Shown here piece by piece: positions 18,533 through 29,406 of a stretch of 64,000 nt of DNA (positions within the stretch are counted from its first letter, which is position 1; every line of letters begins with the position of its first letter). The notes beneath the pieces are model-generated. The model was not told the DNA's origin, searched no databases, and saw only the letters and a list, made by a program, of their open reading frames with translations. The stretch lies in IMG/VR virus record IMGVR_UViG_3300046171_000167; one strand, written 5' to 3'. The stretch comes from an uncultured virus (IMG/VR IMGVR_UViG_3300046171_000167). Taxonomy: Duplodnaviria > Heunggongvirae > Uroviricota > Caudoviricetes > Crassvirales. The translations under genes and the position numbers were made by a program.

Positions 18533-19737
18533 TGTATACAGGACCTCACATAATAAAAGACGAATTACTATTTGGATATGATTCTGGGTATGGTGTTGCA
18601 GATAATCACACAGCCACTAGATTCTATAAAGGAGAACCTACAACTAATGCTGTTCCATTAACAGATTTTTTAGATACCAGCAATTGGACAGGTAATGGTT
18701 GGTCTGGGGCTATAGCTGTTTCTACAGATTATCCTAACACGCTAGAATTAACAGCAACTAATGGCTGGAGAACTTTCTGTATAAGTACTGGAATAACGAG
18801 CGGAGGTACTGTAACTGTATCATATGAATATAAAGCAAAATCAATTGAAAATACTTCTTCATATACTTTAAATTTAAACGGTACTCACTTAGGTAATTAC
18901 ACTAATGGTTTAGGTAATGGAACAAACGCAGATTTAAGATCGGGGGAATGGATAAGGGTAACTAAATCATGGACTGCTAATTCAGATGATAAGCTTGCAA
19001 TAGGAGTTAGAGGGTCTGATGGTGCTAGTTTATCTGACACAATATACGTTAGAAATTTACAGGTAGAGCTTAATGGTCATGCTACGCCTTACACAGAAAG
19101 TAGTAGATCGGCTACAGGTTCTTTAATAAACTTAGGCAGTAGCGGAGCTATAAACCTTGACAATGTCAGCTTTGACTCAACAGGACAACCAACTTTTGAT
19201 GGAACAAGTGACAGAATATTGCATGATCCAGGTACATTTCCTAGAGATTTTAAACAACCTTTTTCTATAGAAGTAATTTACTACACACCTAGTTCTGCAA
19301 CCTGGAGTCCAGTAGCAGGAAGAACTGCCACTATATTAGCAAGAGGGGGTTATGCAGGTGTATGGGGGTTAGCTAGATTTACAACAAATAATAGAGTAGG
19401 TTTTTACATGAGAACTGGTTCAGGTTCTAATACTTATGATCCATACACGACTATAGAAAGAGATAAATATTATCATATTGTGGCAACTTGGAATGGGTCT
19501 AACAAAGCTACTTTGTATAAAAATGGAGTAGAAGCGTCTTCTGAACAAGCTAGTTTTACTGGTACAAGTTGTGATAACACATCATGGATACAAATAGCAG
19601 GTGCTAATTCTTTTAGCGGAAGCAACGGTGGATACACTCAAGCAACAATTCCTGTAGCCAAAGTGTTTAAAAAATGTTTAACAGCTACAGAAGTAAAACA
19701 AAACTTTAACGCATACAAAAATAGATTTAATATTTAA
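18532..19737 (+). CDS. LamG/ConA-like tail-associated protein 3
   Basis: FDGTSD, YHIVATWNG...LYKNG, LTATEVKQNF. Confidence 0.8.
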   Translation: MYTGPHIIKDELLFGYDSGYGVADNHTATRFYKGEPTTNAVPLTDFLDTSNWTGNGWSGAIAVSTDYPNTLELTATNGWRTFCISTGITSGGTVTVSYEYKAKSIENTSSYTLNLNGTHLGNYTNGLGNGTNADLRSGEWIRVTKSWTANSDDKLAIGVRGSDGASLSDTIYVRNLQVELNGHATPYTESSRSATGSLINLGSSGAINLDNVSFDSTGQPTFDGTSDRILHDPGTFPRDFKQPFSIEVIYYTPSSATWSPVAGRTATILARGGYAGVWGLARFTTNNRVGFYMRTGSGSNTYDPYTTIERDKYYHIVATWNGSNKATLYKNGVEASSEQASFTGTSCDNTSWIQIAGANSFSGSNGGYTQATIPVAKVFKKCLTATEVKQNFNAYKNRFNI

Positions 19738-19758
19738 CCTGGAAAATGAAAGGTAATT

Positions 19759-21066
19759 ATGGCAAATGAATTTAAAGTAAAAAAAGGGCTCATAGTAAGC
19801 GGGTCAGGAGGTACACTCTTAGACGTTCAAGGAAGCGTTGGTCAAGTATTCTCTGTAACAGATAGTCTAACGGGAGATATATTCTCTGTCTCAGATGTTT
19901 CTGGTATTCCAATATTTAATGTAAACTCAGACGGTACAGTAACTATTGATGGTAATATTCAATTAGCCGATAATGATAAAATACAACTAGGTGATGATCA
20001 AGACTTAGAACTATATCATGATGGTACACATAGTTACATAAGTGACAATGGCACAGGTGAATTAAGGTTTATAGCAAACGGAGCAACTAGATTTAAAATA
20101 GGTAGTGATGTAGCTTCTTTTAGTGGCACTGATTTTGCTATTGCTGCGGGTAGGAAATTATATCTTGATGGTCAAAGTAATACATACATAACAGAAAGTT
20201 CATCTGATACAATTAAAATATTTACAGGAGGATCAGAGGTTCTTGAGTTAGCAAATAACGCTGCAACTTTTGCAGGAGCAATTTCTACGCCAACAGGTTC
20301 TACTTTTGCAGGAGCAATAAAAATTACAGAAACAGGAACTGCACAACATATACTCATAGGTAATCAAGATTCAGGTGGAACAAATAAACCTGCAATGATA
20401 CAAGGGGTCAATGGTCAATTAAATTTAGGATTTGGTAGTTCTTGGTCATCAGAAGGAGGAACTATGACAGATACTTTATCTCTTGACGTAAGTAACAATG
20501 CAACTTTTGCAGGTTCAATAACGGCTGGTACTGGTGGTCAATTTAGAGTACTGGGAAGTGGTTATATTCAATTGGGTAACTGTACTATTAGTAAAAGTGG
20601 AGATAGTAACCATATACATGTTGACTGCCCCACTGCTCTTATACCTAATAGTACTACTTTAGCAAATAACACTAGACTAGGTACAAGTTCTTACAGATGG
20701 CAAAATTTTTATTCTGGACCAGGAAACTTTGAAGGATCAGTAACAGCTAGTGCAGATGTTATAGCTTATTCAGATGCTAGGTTAAAAGAAAATGTTAAAA
20801 CATTAGACGGTAGTAAAGTACTACAAATGAGAGGTGTTAGTTTTGATAGAAAAGACACTGGTATATCAAGCTCTGGTGTAATAGCACAAGAAATGCAAAA
20901 AGTAGCTCCTGAACTTGTTAGCAATGACGACGGCACATTAGGAGTTGCTTATGGCAACTTAACTGGATACTTAATAGAAGCGATAAAAGAACAACAAAAA
21001 CAAATAAACGAACTTAAATCACAAATGGCTGCTTGTAATAAAATAGCTTGTAACTGCAAAAATTAA
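19759..21066 (+). CDS. Tail fibre/spike with C-terminal intramolecular chaperone (peptidase S74)
   Basis: YSDARLKENV...GVIAQEM...LIEAIKEQQKQI. Confidence 0.85.
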   Translation: MANEFKVKKGLIVSGSGGTLLDVQGSVGQVFSVTDSLTGDIFSVSDVSGIPIFNVNSDGTVTIDGNIQLADNDKIQLGDDQDLELYHDGTHSYISDNGTGELRFIANGATRFKIGSDVASFSGTDFAIAAGRKLYLDGQSNTYITESSSDTIKIFTGGSEVLELANNAATFAGAISTPTGSTFAGAIKITETGTAQHILIGNQDSGGTNKPAMIQGVNGQLNLGFGSSWSSEGGTMTDTLSLDVSNNATFAGSITAGTGGQFRVLGSGYIQLGNCTISKSGDSNHIHVDCPTALIPNSTTLANNTRLGTSSYRWQNFYSGPGNFEGSVTASADVIAYSDARLKENVKTLDGSKVLQMRGVSFDRKDTGISSSGVIAQEMQKVAPELVSNDDGTLGVAYGNLTGYLIEAIKEQQKQINELKSQMAACNKIACNCKN

Positions 21067-21070
21067 AATC

Positions 21071-21385
21071 ATGGCTAAAACATACACAACACAAATAACC
21101 CATCTACAGGGTGCTCCTAATTACGACGGTAAAGAAAACGTAATAACTAAAGTTGAATTTACAATAGAATGCGTTGACGGAGAATACTCTCATAAAGCTA
21201 ATTCGCATTTAGATGTAAATTACGACCCAGAATCTTTTGTAGAGTTTAGCGACTTAACAGAGCAAAATGTAATAGATTGGATAGAAACTCATCCTATATA
21301 TGAGTTTACTAAAACTTACGTGGATGAAATGATCGCTAACATGAAAGTCCCTATGGACTGGGGATTAGATAAACCTTGGGAATAA
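21071..21385 (+). CDS. Putative tail-fibre accessory/assembly protein
   Basis: FVEFSDLTEQNVIDWI...PW; directly follows the S74 fibre. Confidence 0.6.
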   Translation: MAKTYTTQITHLQGAPNYDGKENVITKVEFTIECVDGEYSHKANSHLDVNYDPESFVEFSDLTEQNVIDWIETHPIYEFTKTYVDEMIANMKVPMDWGLDKPWE

Positions 21386-21386
21386 C

Positions 21387-23379
21387 ATGGCTGTACCTGG
21401 AAGTGGAGAAATAAAATTATCACAAATAGCAAAGGAAAAAGTGTATGATGATTACAATGCACCTGTACCTGCTATTAAAGTTAGTCTAAAAGATGTAACT
21501 GTTGGGGGGCAAGCTAATGGTAGCGGAGCTGATTTTGATGACACAAATCAACAAAGCCCCAGCTTTCCTGACAATGTAGCAAGCTACAGTATGGGAGAGT
21601 TCTATGCTTATGATCACGACTTTCAAGCAATACCTTGTAATAAAGCAATGGATGTTGTTTTTTTATTGGACTATACTAGTAGTATGACTGGGCAATATAA
21701 CGACACTACAAACGGGTTAAAAGCGCAGGTAAGCGCTATATCAAATAAAGTTGTTTCAGAGTCTGGAGGTGATTATAGATTAGCTGCTGTTTTAATTGAT
21801 CAAAATTCTTCCACGCCAACTTATTGGACAGGCAACAATACTACGGTTTCTAATTTAGCCTCAGCAAATAAATACAACTCAGGTACTGTATGGTTATCAG
21901 CTTTAGTGCCTTTTGCTGACGCAAATAAAGCTGACTTTGATACAAAAATAGGCTATATAGCTGGTTCATCAAACAGTTCTACCAGCATGCTAATAGGAAC
22001 AGGAGCGGGCGGGCCTGAGCCTAATGATACAGCTATAGATAGAGTTATAAATAATGATTTAGCTGGAAGTTTTAGAACTGGAGTAACCAGAATGATTATA
22101 CTTATAACAGATAATTCCCCCGATGGTGATGGGGATGATCAGTTTAATGGCGCGGAAGAATTAGCAAAGATGGGAACGTTATCTAATCAAGCAGTTGCTA
22201 ATGTTTGCACTGTATCTGTTTTGGGTAATTTTAGCAATAGTACCTCTAGCGACGGTACAACCACCAGGTATGATATATATAATGGGTACGCTAATAACAC
22301 GGGAGGATTAACTAACTTTGCGGGGGATCCTAGTGACATTGTACAGTTTATAGAAGATATATGTGATGATATAGAAACTGGGTTTGCTACTTTCTCTAAC
22401 TTATCTAATACGAGCTTAGATACAACGCCTTCGGGGACAGTTAACGCTGCGTCAAGCATAACTGAGACTAGTTTTTTAGCTAGCATGTCAGTTACGGATT
22501 TAAACAATGAAACAACTCATTGGTGGAAACCATTTGCTATTAATTCTGTCGGAACTTCTTATGGGGAGGTTAAAAAAGTGGATGCAAGTAAATGGACGGC
22601 AAACGCGACAGTCGCAAGTGACACAACAGTAACGTCTAGAGGTATAGTATACCATACAAGTAATACTGATTTAGTGGCTAATGGAACTGTAGTCACGCAT
22701 CCCATGGCTGGCGCGGGTGCTTTTGGAATAGCTGCCTCAAACGTTAGCGCACAGGGGGCAGATAACCTTGGGTGGGTTTATTGCAATTCCGGGTTTAGCC
22801 AAACGCCAATTGCAAACTATAGTAATAATGTAGTGGTTGGTGCGACGGGTACCCAGGTCGCTACATATACTGGTACAGTATCAACAGGAACAAAAACGCA
22901 AACAATAACAGAAAGTTCAGTACCGCTTCTTAGTGGTAACAGTTATAGGCTTAGAGGTTGGTTTGAAAAGAAAAACAATGGAGGAATCCAGTACTCCGGA
23001 AATATAGTTACTTTTACGGTAGGATCTTCTTTTGATTTTACAGCAAGTATTACTGTTGGGACTGCTACATATTATACAGCGACAGCTAGGGGATGGTCAA
23101 CACAGTTTCCTTTTTCCATGGGCTCCATAAGTAATATATCCTTTAACTCAAGCACTCTGTCTGCAATATATTGGCAGAACAATAGTTCAGGCACTGATTA
23201 TATATATATATATTTTAGCTGGTACTAGAAAATCCTTCAGTAGTTTTTACATAGGATTAACTAATTTAGGGGCTTCTTCTACTTGGACTGCAATAGGATC
23301 TAACATTTGGAGAAAAGCATTAGCTTCAGATCCAATGCCTTCTAACGGCAGCACCATATCAATGTGGGCGGATTATTAA
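21387..23379 (+). CDS. VWA-domain virion protein (frameshift near 23220)
   Basis: MDVVFLLDYTSSM (MIDAS-like), GGPEP, IILITDN; beta-rich C-terminus. Confidence 0.75.
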
Positions 23380-23457
23380 TATTAAAGAAAGCTAAATTAA
23401 GCGTAATAATATAAAAATAGAAAACAATTTTTAAATTAATAATTAAATTAAATAAAA

Positions 23458-23697
23458 ATGGCAAAAATTAAAGATGAGCAATTAAAAGAATTGCAAGGTA
23501 AAGTTAACGTTATTAATCAAAACCAATTACAAGTTGGTAATTTAGAATATCAAAAACATTCTTTGCTACATATATTAGCTAACCTGCAAGAAGACTTAAA
23601 AAGCTTTCAAGAAAAGCTTGAAGAAGAATATGGCAAAGTTTCTGTAAATATAGCTACTGGAGAATACGAAGAAATAGAAAAAGATGAATCTAATTAG
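23458..23697 (+). CDS. Coiled-coil hypothetical protein
   Basis: LEEEYGKVSVNIATGEY; preceded by a class B motif. Confidence 0.8.
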   Translation: MAKIKDEQLKELQGKVNVINQNQLQVGNLEYQKHSLLHILANLQEDLKSFQEKLEEEYGKVSVNIATGEYEEIEKDESN

Positions 23698-23902
23698 GAA
23701 GATAAGCATAGGTAGAGATTATAAAAACGAAGCTATGCATTACGCGGTAGGCCAAGAGGTTTATGGCGGACACATTATTCATCAAATACTTGAAGAAGAA
23801 AATAAATACTCTATATATATAGAAAAACAAAATGAGGTTATACCGTGGAAAGACTTTAATAAAAACATGGCTATAGCTGTTGAATATAATTTAGAATATT
23901 AA
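23684..23902 (+). CDS. Hypothetical protein
   Basis: 72-aa coupled ORF. Confidence 0.8.
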   Translation: MNLIRKISIGRDYKNEAMHYAVGQEVYGGHIIHQILEEENKYSIYIEKQNEVIPWKDFNKNMAIAVEYNLEY

Positions 23903-24499
23903 TGCGAAGTGTATTTAACTTTATAATAAAGCCAAAAGATTTAAGGACTAGCTCTAAAAAATCAATCGGTGATAAAGAATTAATACTAAATACAGAATTA
24001 CAAAATCACGAATACGTCAGTAGGCATGGGGTTGTTTTAAATACCCCATTGCTTACTAAAACAGATGTAAAAATAGGTGATGAAGTAATAGTGCACCATA
24101 ATGTATTTAGAAGGTTTTATGATATAAGAGGTGAAGAGAAAAAATAGTAAAAGCTATTTTGAAGAAGATAAGTTCTTTGCTTATGAAGACCAAGTGTTTT
24201 TGTATAAAAGAAAAGATCAATGGCGTGCAATTAAAGGGTACTGTTTTGTAAAGCCTTTATTAAATACAGATAATTTTGAGTTATCTAAGGAGCATGCTTT
24301 AAAAGGAGTTATGGTTTTTCCTGATAGACATTTAGAAAATAACGGTGTTTTAAAAGGAGATATAGTTGGTTTTAAACCTAGTTCCGAATATGAATTTATA
24401 GTTGACAATCAAAAATTATATAGAGTGCATACTAATTCAATTACAATTAAATATGAACGTCAAGGAAACGAAAAAGAATATAATCCAAGCTGGTTATGA
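23902..24499 (+). CDS. Tandem GroES-like-fold protein (frameshift near 24140)
   Basis: Two GroES-like units: FIIKP...GVV...KIGDEVIVHH and CFVKP...GVM...KGDIVGFKPSSEYEFIVDNQKLYRV. Confidence 0.6.
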
Positions 24500-24725
24500 T
24501 GCAGTACAAGAACTTATTAAAGTCGCAAAAGAGGAAATCGTTGATACAGAAGATGATATTTCCGCAGATAGACTCAAGAACGCTGCCGCTACTAAAAAGC
24601 TCGCCATATTTGATGCATTTGAAATATTAAGCAGGATTGAAGAAGAAAAAGCGCTGCTTGAAAATAAGCCGCTTGATAAAAAAGATGATGCCTTTAAAGG
24701 TTTTGCAGAAAGAAGATCTAGGTGA
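24453..24725 (+). CDS. Putative terminase small subunit
   Basis: Helical 90-aa protein immediately upstream of terL (position-based). Confidence 0.5.
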   Translation: MNVKETKKNIIQAGYDAVQELIKVAKEEIVDTEDDISADRLKNAAATKKLAIFDAFEILSRIEEEKALLENKPLDKKDDAFKGFAERRSR

Positions 24726-26942
24726 TGTACGAACAAAGTTTATATAGCGTTATAGAGCCTTTAAAAATAAATACAATAAAAAGGCTTAATAAAGCAAAAA
24801 AGTGGAAATACGGGTACGATAAAAGCCATGACGTAGTTGTAATAAGCCGAACAGGGGAGATAGGCGAGGTGTATAGCATACAAAATTTAAAAATAGCTTT
24901 ACCTAAGCCGCCTAAGAATATTACAAAAGGAAAAGATCGTTGGGAAAAAAAAGCTTACCCTAAAGAGCTGAATAAAGTAAAAACAATATTTGACTGGAGA
25001 GATTTACCAGACGATTTTAAAAACAAATGGCACGGATTTATAGATGAAGAATTTACAAAAAGAGAAGAGGGTTATTGGTTTTATAACAAAGGCAAGCCTA
25101 CTTATATTACTGGCACTCACTATATGTACCTGCAGTGGTCCAAAATTGATGTTGGGGCACCAGACTTTAGGGAAGCAAACAGATTATTCTTCATATTCTG
25201 GGAAGCTTGCAAGGCAGATCCCCGATGCTATGGGATGTGCTACCTTAAAAACCGTAGATCTGGATTTTCTTTCATGTCATCAGCTGAAATTGTTAATTTT
25301 GCGACAATATCCTCAGATTCCAGGTTCGGTATATTGTCCAAATCTGGACAGGATGCTAAGAAGATGTTCACTGACAAGGTGGTACCGATCTCTGTTAATT
25401 ACCCGTTCTTCTTTAAACCAATACAAGACGGAATGGACCGACCGAAAACCGAACTCGCGTACAGAGTTCCGGCGTCGAAATTCACCAGAAAGAGACTCGA
25501 TTCGAAGGATAGATCCGGAAGAGAAACGCTTGAGGGGTTGGATACGACCATCGATTGGAAAAACACCGGTGACAACGCCTATGATGGGGAAAAGCTTAAA
25601 CTCCTCGTCCACGACGAATCGGGGAAATGGGAAAGGCCGAACAACATCCTCAATAACTGGAGGGTTACGAAAACCACCCTTAGATTAGGTAGTAGAGTAA
25701 TTGGGAAGTGTATGATGGGGTCAACGTCAAACGCTTTAGACAAAGGTGGAGAGAATTTTAAAAAATTATATAATGACTCAGATGTTACCAAAAGAAACCG
25801 CAATGGACAGACTCGCTCAGGATTATATAGTTTGTTCATACCTATGGAATGGAACTTCGAGGGATTCATTGATTCTTATGGAATACCTGTATTCGATACG
25901 CCTAATGAACCAGTTGAAGACGCACACGGACAGCTTATAGATTTAGGGGTAATTGAGCATTGGACAAATGAGGTAGAAGGTTTAAAAGGAGACCAGGATG
26001 GCCTTAATGAATTTTACAGGCAGTTTCCAAGAACAGAGGAACATGCTTTCCGAGATGAAACTAAAAATAGCTTATTTAATCTAGCTAAAATATATGAGCA
26101 AATAGATTACAATGAGAATTTAAATACCAGTAATGTGGTAACAGTCGGTAACTTTAATTGGGAGAACGGTATAAAAGATACAAAAGTTCAATTTACGCCA
26201 AATCCAAATGGAAGATTTAATGTATCTTGGGTTCCTGGCCTACAAATACAAAACAAACAAATAATAAAAAACGGTGTTAAATTTCCTGGGAAATGAGCAT
26301 ATGGGCGCTTTCGGCTGTGACAGTTATGATATATCAGGGACTGTTGGAGGGCAGGGGTCTAAAGGAGCATTACACGGATTAACAACTTTTAGCATGGAAG
26401 ACGCTCCAGCTAATACGTTTTTTTTAGAATATATTGCAAGACCACAAACTTCGGAAATGTTTTTTGAAGATGTGTTAATGGCTTTAGTTTTTTATGGGAT
26501 GCCTATACTTGCTGAAAATAACAAACCTCGATTACTATACTATTTAAAACGTAGAGGATATAGAGGATATTCTATGAATAGGCCTGATAAAATTTGGAAT
26601 AAATTATCAGTAGCAGAAAAAGAAATAGGCGGAATACCAAACTCTAGTGAAGACATAAAACAAGCTCATGCGTCTGCTATTGAGACTTATATAAATAATC
26701 ACGTAGGGGTAAACTCCGAAGGAGGCTACGGAGCAATGTATTTTAATACAACGCTTAATGACTGGTCTAAATTTGAGTTAAATAATAGGACAAAATATGA
26801 TGCGTCCATTAGCTCTGGTTTAGCTATTATGGCTTGTAATAGGCATTTGTATAGACCTGTAAAAGAATTTCAAAAGAAACCATTAAATATAAAAATCGCT
26901 AGGTATTCTAATAGCGGATCATTTTCAAAAATAATAAAATAA
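24722..26942 (+). CDS. terL: Terminase large subunit (frameshift near 26290)
   Basis: KNRRSGFS Walker A, LLVHDESGKW Walker B, MGST motif III; nuclease domain GCDSYD...ENN...YDASISSGLA in ORF 26274-26942. Confidence 0.9.
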
Positions 26943-26944
26943 AT

Positions 26945-29371
26945 ATGGCTGAGTCAGTTGTAAAAAGTTTTTTCCCTAGTCAAGTAGCTAGCGACAAAGA
27001 AAAAATGAGCGCAGAATATGGGCTTAAAGTTGCTAGAGCTATTCAGAGCGAATGGTTTAAAATGGACACGGGATCAACACGTTATAAAAGTAATCAGCAT
27101 TCTTTTCATAGACTTAGATTATATGCTAGGGGCGAGCAAGGGGTGCAAAAATATAAAGATGAATTGTCAATTAACGGCGATTTGTCTTATCTCAATTTAG
27201 ATTGGAAGCCTGTTCCTATTATTCCTAAATTTGTGGACATAGTAGTTAATGGTATTTCAGAAAGAGCTTTTGATATTAAAGCATATTCACAAGATCCATA
27301 TGGTGTTGCTAAAAGAACAGAGTATATGGAAAGTATAATGAGGGATATGCAAAGTAAGGATCTTAGTGATTTTGTTGAAGAAAACTTTGGAATTTCTGTA
27401 TTTGAAACAAATCTACCAGAGCTTCCAGAATCAAAAGAAGAACTAGAGGTACACATGCAGCTAACTTATAAACAAGCTGTAGAAATGGCGGAAGAGCAAG
27501 CTATAAATACTATATTAAAAGGTAATTCTTATAATCTTACAAAGAAAAGAGTTATATATGATTTAACGACTATTGGCATTGGTGCTGTTAAAAACACCTA
27601 CAATAACGCAGAAGGCGTAAAAATAGAGTATGTAGACCCTGCTAATTTAGTATATTCGTACACTGAATCACCATATTTTGACGACGTATACTATGTTGGT
27701 GAAATAAAATCCGTGCCAATTAATGAATTAAAAAAAGAATTTCCTAATTTAACGGAAGATGATTTAGGCAAAATGTCTAAGCAGGGTTACCAAAATAACG
27801 GGTTTTACGATAAAACTTTATCTAATTACAACGAAACAGATTCAAACACTGTACAAGTTTTATATTTTAATTATAAGACTTATATGAATGAGGTGTATAA
27901 AGTAAAAGAAACAGCCACAGGAGCTAGTAAAATATTAGTTAGAGATGACCAATTTGATCCACCTGTTCAATTACTTGAGCAGCAATTTGGCAAATTATCA
28001 AGATCATTAGAGGGATTATACGAGGGCGTTCTTGTTCTAGGCACAGACATGCTACTAAAATGGGAACTTGCTAAAAATATGTTGCGCCCAAAAAGCGATT
28101 ATACTAAAGTAAAAATGAACTATAGTATTTGTGCTCCAAGAATGTATAAAGGTAAAATAGAATCATTAGTAAGTCGTATTACTGGTTTTGCTGATATGAT
28201 ACAGCTTACGCATTTAAAATTACAGCAAGTATTATCGCGTATGGTTCCAGATGGTGTTTATTTAGACGCAGATGGATTAGCTGAGGTTGATTTAGGTAAT
28301 GGAACTAATTACAACCCACAAGAAGCATTAAATATGTTTTTTCAAACTGGTTCTGTAATTGGTAGATCGTTTACACAAGAAGGTGATATGAATCCAGGCA
28401 AAGTACCTATTCAAGAAATAACTAGCGGTAGTGGTGGTAATAAAATACCGCAACTTATTAATACTTACAACTATTACTTACAAATGATAAGAGATACCAG
28501 CGGTTTAAATGAAGCTAGAGATGGCAGTTTACCGGATAGTAGATCTCTTGTTGGTATTCAAAAGATTGCAGCCGCTAATAGCAATACGGCTACTAGACAT
28601 ATATTAAATGCTGGATTATTTATAACAGCGGAAACAGCAGAGTGTATTTCATTAAGAGTTTCTGATATATTAGAGTTTGCACCAGCTGCAGATGCTTTTG
28701 TTCAAAAGATAGGTGGGCATAATGTTGCTACATTATCTGAAATGAAAGAATTACATTTATACGATTTTGGTATATTTTTAGAATTAGCGCCAGATGATGA
28801 AGAAAAACAAATGCTAGAAAACAATATTCAAACAGCGTTGTCAGCTAGTTTAATAGATTTAGAAGACGCTATTGATATTAGAGATATTAAAAATATAAAA
28901 TTAGCTAATCAAGTTCTTAAAATAAGAAGAAAAAAGAAAGCACAAAGAGATCAAGAAGCACAGCAGGCTAATATACAAGCCCAAGCACAAGCAAATGCTC
29001 AAGCACAACAAGTAGCCGCACAAGCAGAAGTACAAAAACAAAATGCAATAACACAGCAAAAGCTACAATTAGAACAAGTTAAAGCTGAGCTTGATATGAA
29101 AAAACTAATGCAAGAAGCAAACCTTAAGAAAGAATTAATGGGGCTAGAATTCCAAATGAATATGCAACTTAAAAATGCTGAAGCAGATGTTTACAAATCT
29201 AAAGAAGGATTTAAAGAAGACAGAAAAGATGACAGATCCAAAATGGAGGCCTCACAACAAAGTGAACTAATAGATCAAAGAAATAATAATTTACCTCCAA
29301 AGAATTTTGAATCATCGGGTAACGATATAATTAGCGGTGATTTTGATTTAGGTTCTTTCGAACCCAAGTAA
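26945..29371 (+). CDS. Portal protein
   Basis: 808 aa after terL; PIIPKFVDIVVNG and GLNEARDG motifs; Q-rich coiled-coil C-terminus. Confidence 0.85.
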   Translation: MAESVVKSFFPSQVASDKEKMSAEYGLKVARAIQSEWFKMDTGSTRYKSNQHSFHRLRLYARGEQGVQKYKDELSINGDLSYLNLDWKPVPIIPKFVDIVVNGISERAFDIKAYSQDPYGVAKRTEYMESIMRDMQSKDLSDFVEENFGISVFETNLPELPESKEELEVHMQLTYKQAVEMAEEQAINTILKGNSYNLTKKRVIYDLTTIGIGAVKNTYNNAEGVKIEYVDPANLVYSYTESPYFDDVYYVGEIKSVPINELKKEFPNLTEDDLGKMSKQGYQNNGFYDKTLSNYNETDSNTVQVLYFNYKTYMNEVYKVKETATGASKILVRDDQFDPPVQLLEQQFGKLSRSLEGLYEGVLVLGTDMLLKWELAKNMLRPKSDYTKVKMNYSICAPRMYKGKIESLVSRITGFADMIQLTHLKLQQVLSRMVPDGVYLDADGLAEVDLGNGTNYNPQEALNMFFQTGSVIGRSFTQEGDMNPGKVPIQEITSGSGGNKIPQLINTYNYYLQMIRDTSGLNEARDGSLPDSRSLVGIQKIAAANSNTATRHILNAGLFITAETAECISLRVSDILEFAPAADAFVQKIGGHNVATLSEMKELHLYDFGIFLELAPDDEEKQMLENNIQTALSASLIDLEDAIDIRDIKNIKLANQVLKIRRKKKAQRDQEAQQANIQAQAQANAQAQQVAAQAEVQKQNAITQQKLQLEQVKAELDMKKLMQEANLKKELMGLEFQMNMQLKNAEADVYKSKEGFKEDRKDDRSKMEASQQSELIDQRNNNLPPKNFESSGNDIISGDFDLGSFEPK

Positions 29372-29406
29372 TAATAATAAGTAAAGTAATTATATAATAT
29401 TTTATC

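Noticed and set aside
15843..19737. Diversity-generating retroelement or shufflon acting on the LamG genes
   Set aside because: No reverse transcriptase or invertase in the window, no near-identical TR/VR pair differing at adenines, and all paralogues are co-oriented.
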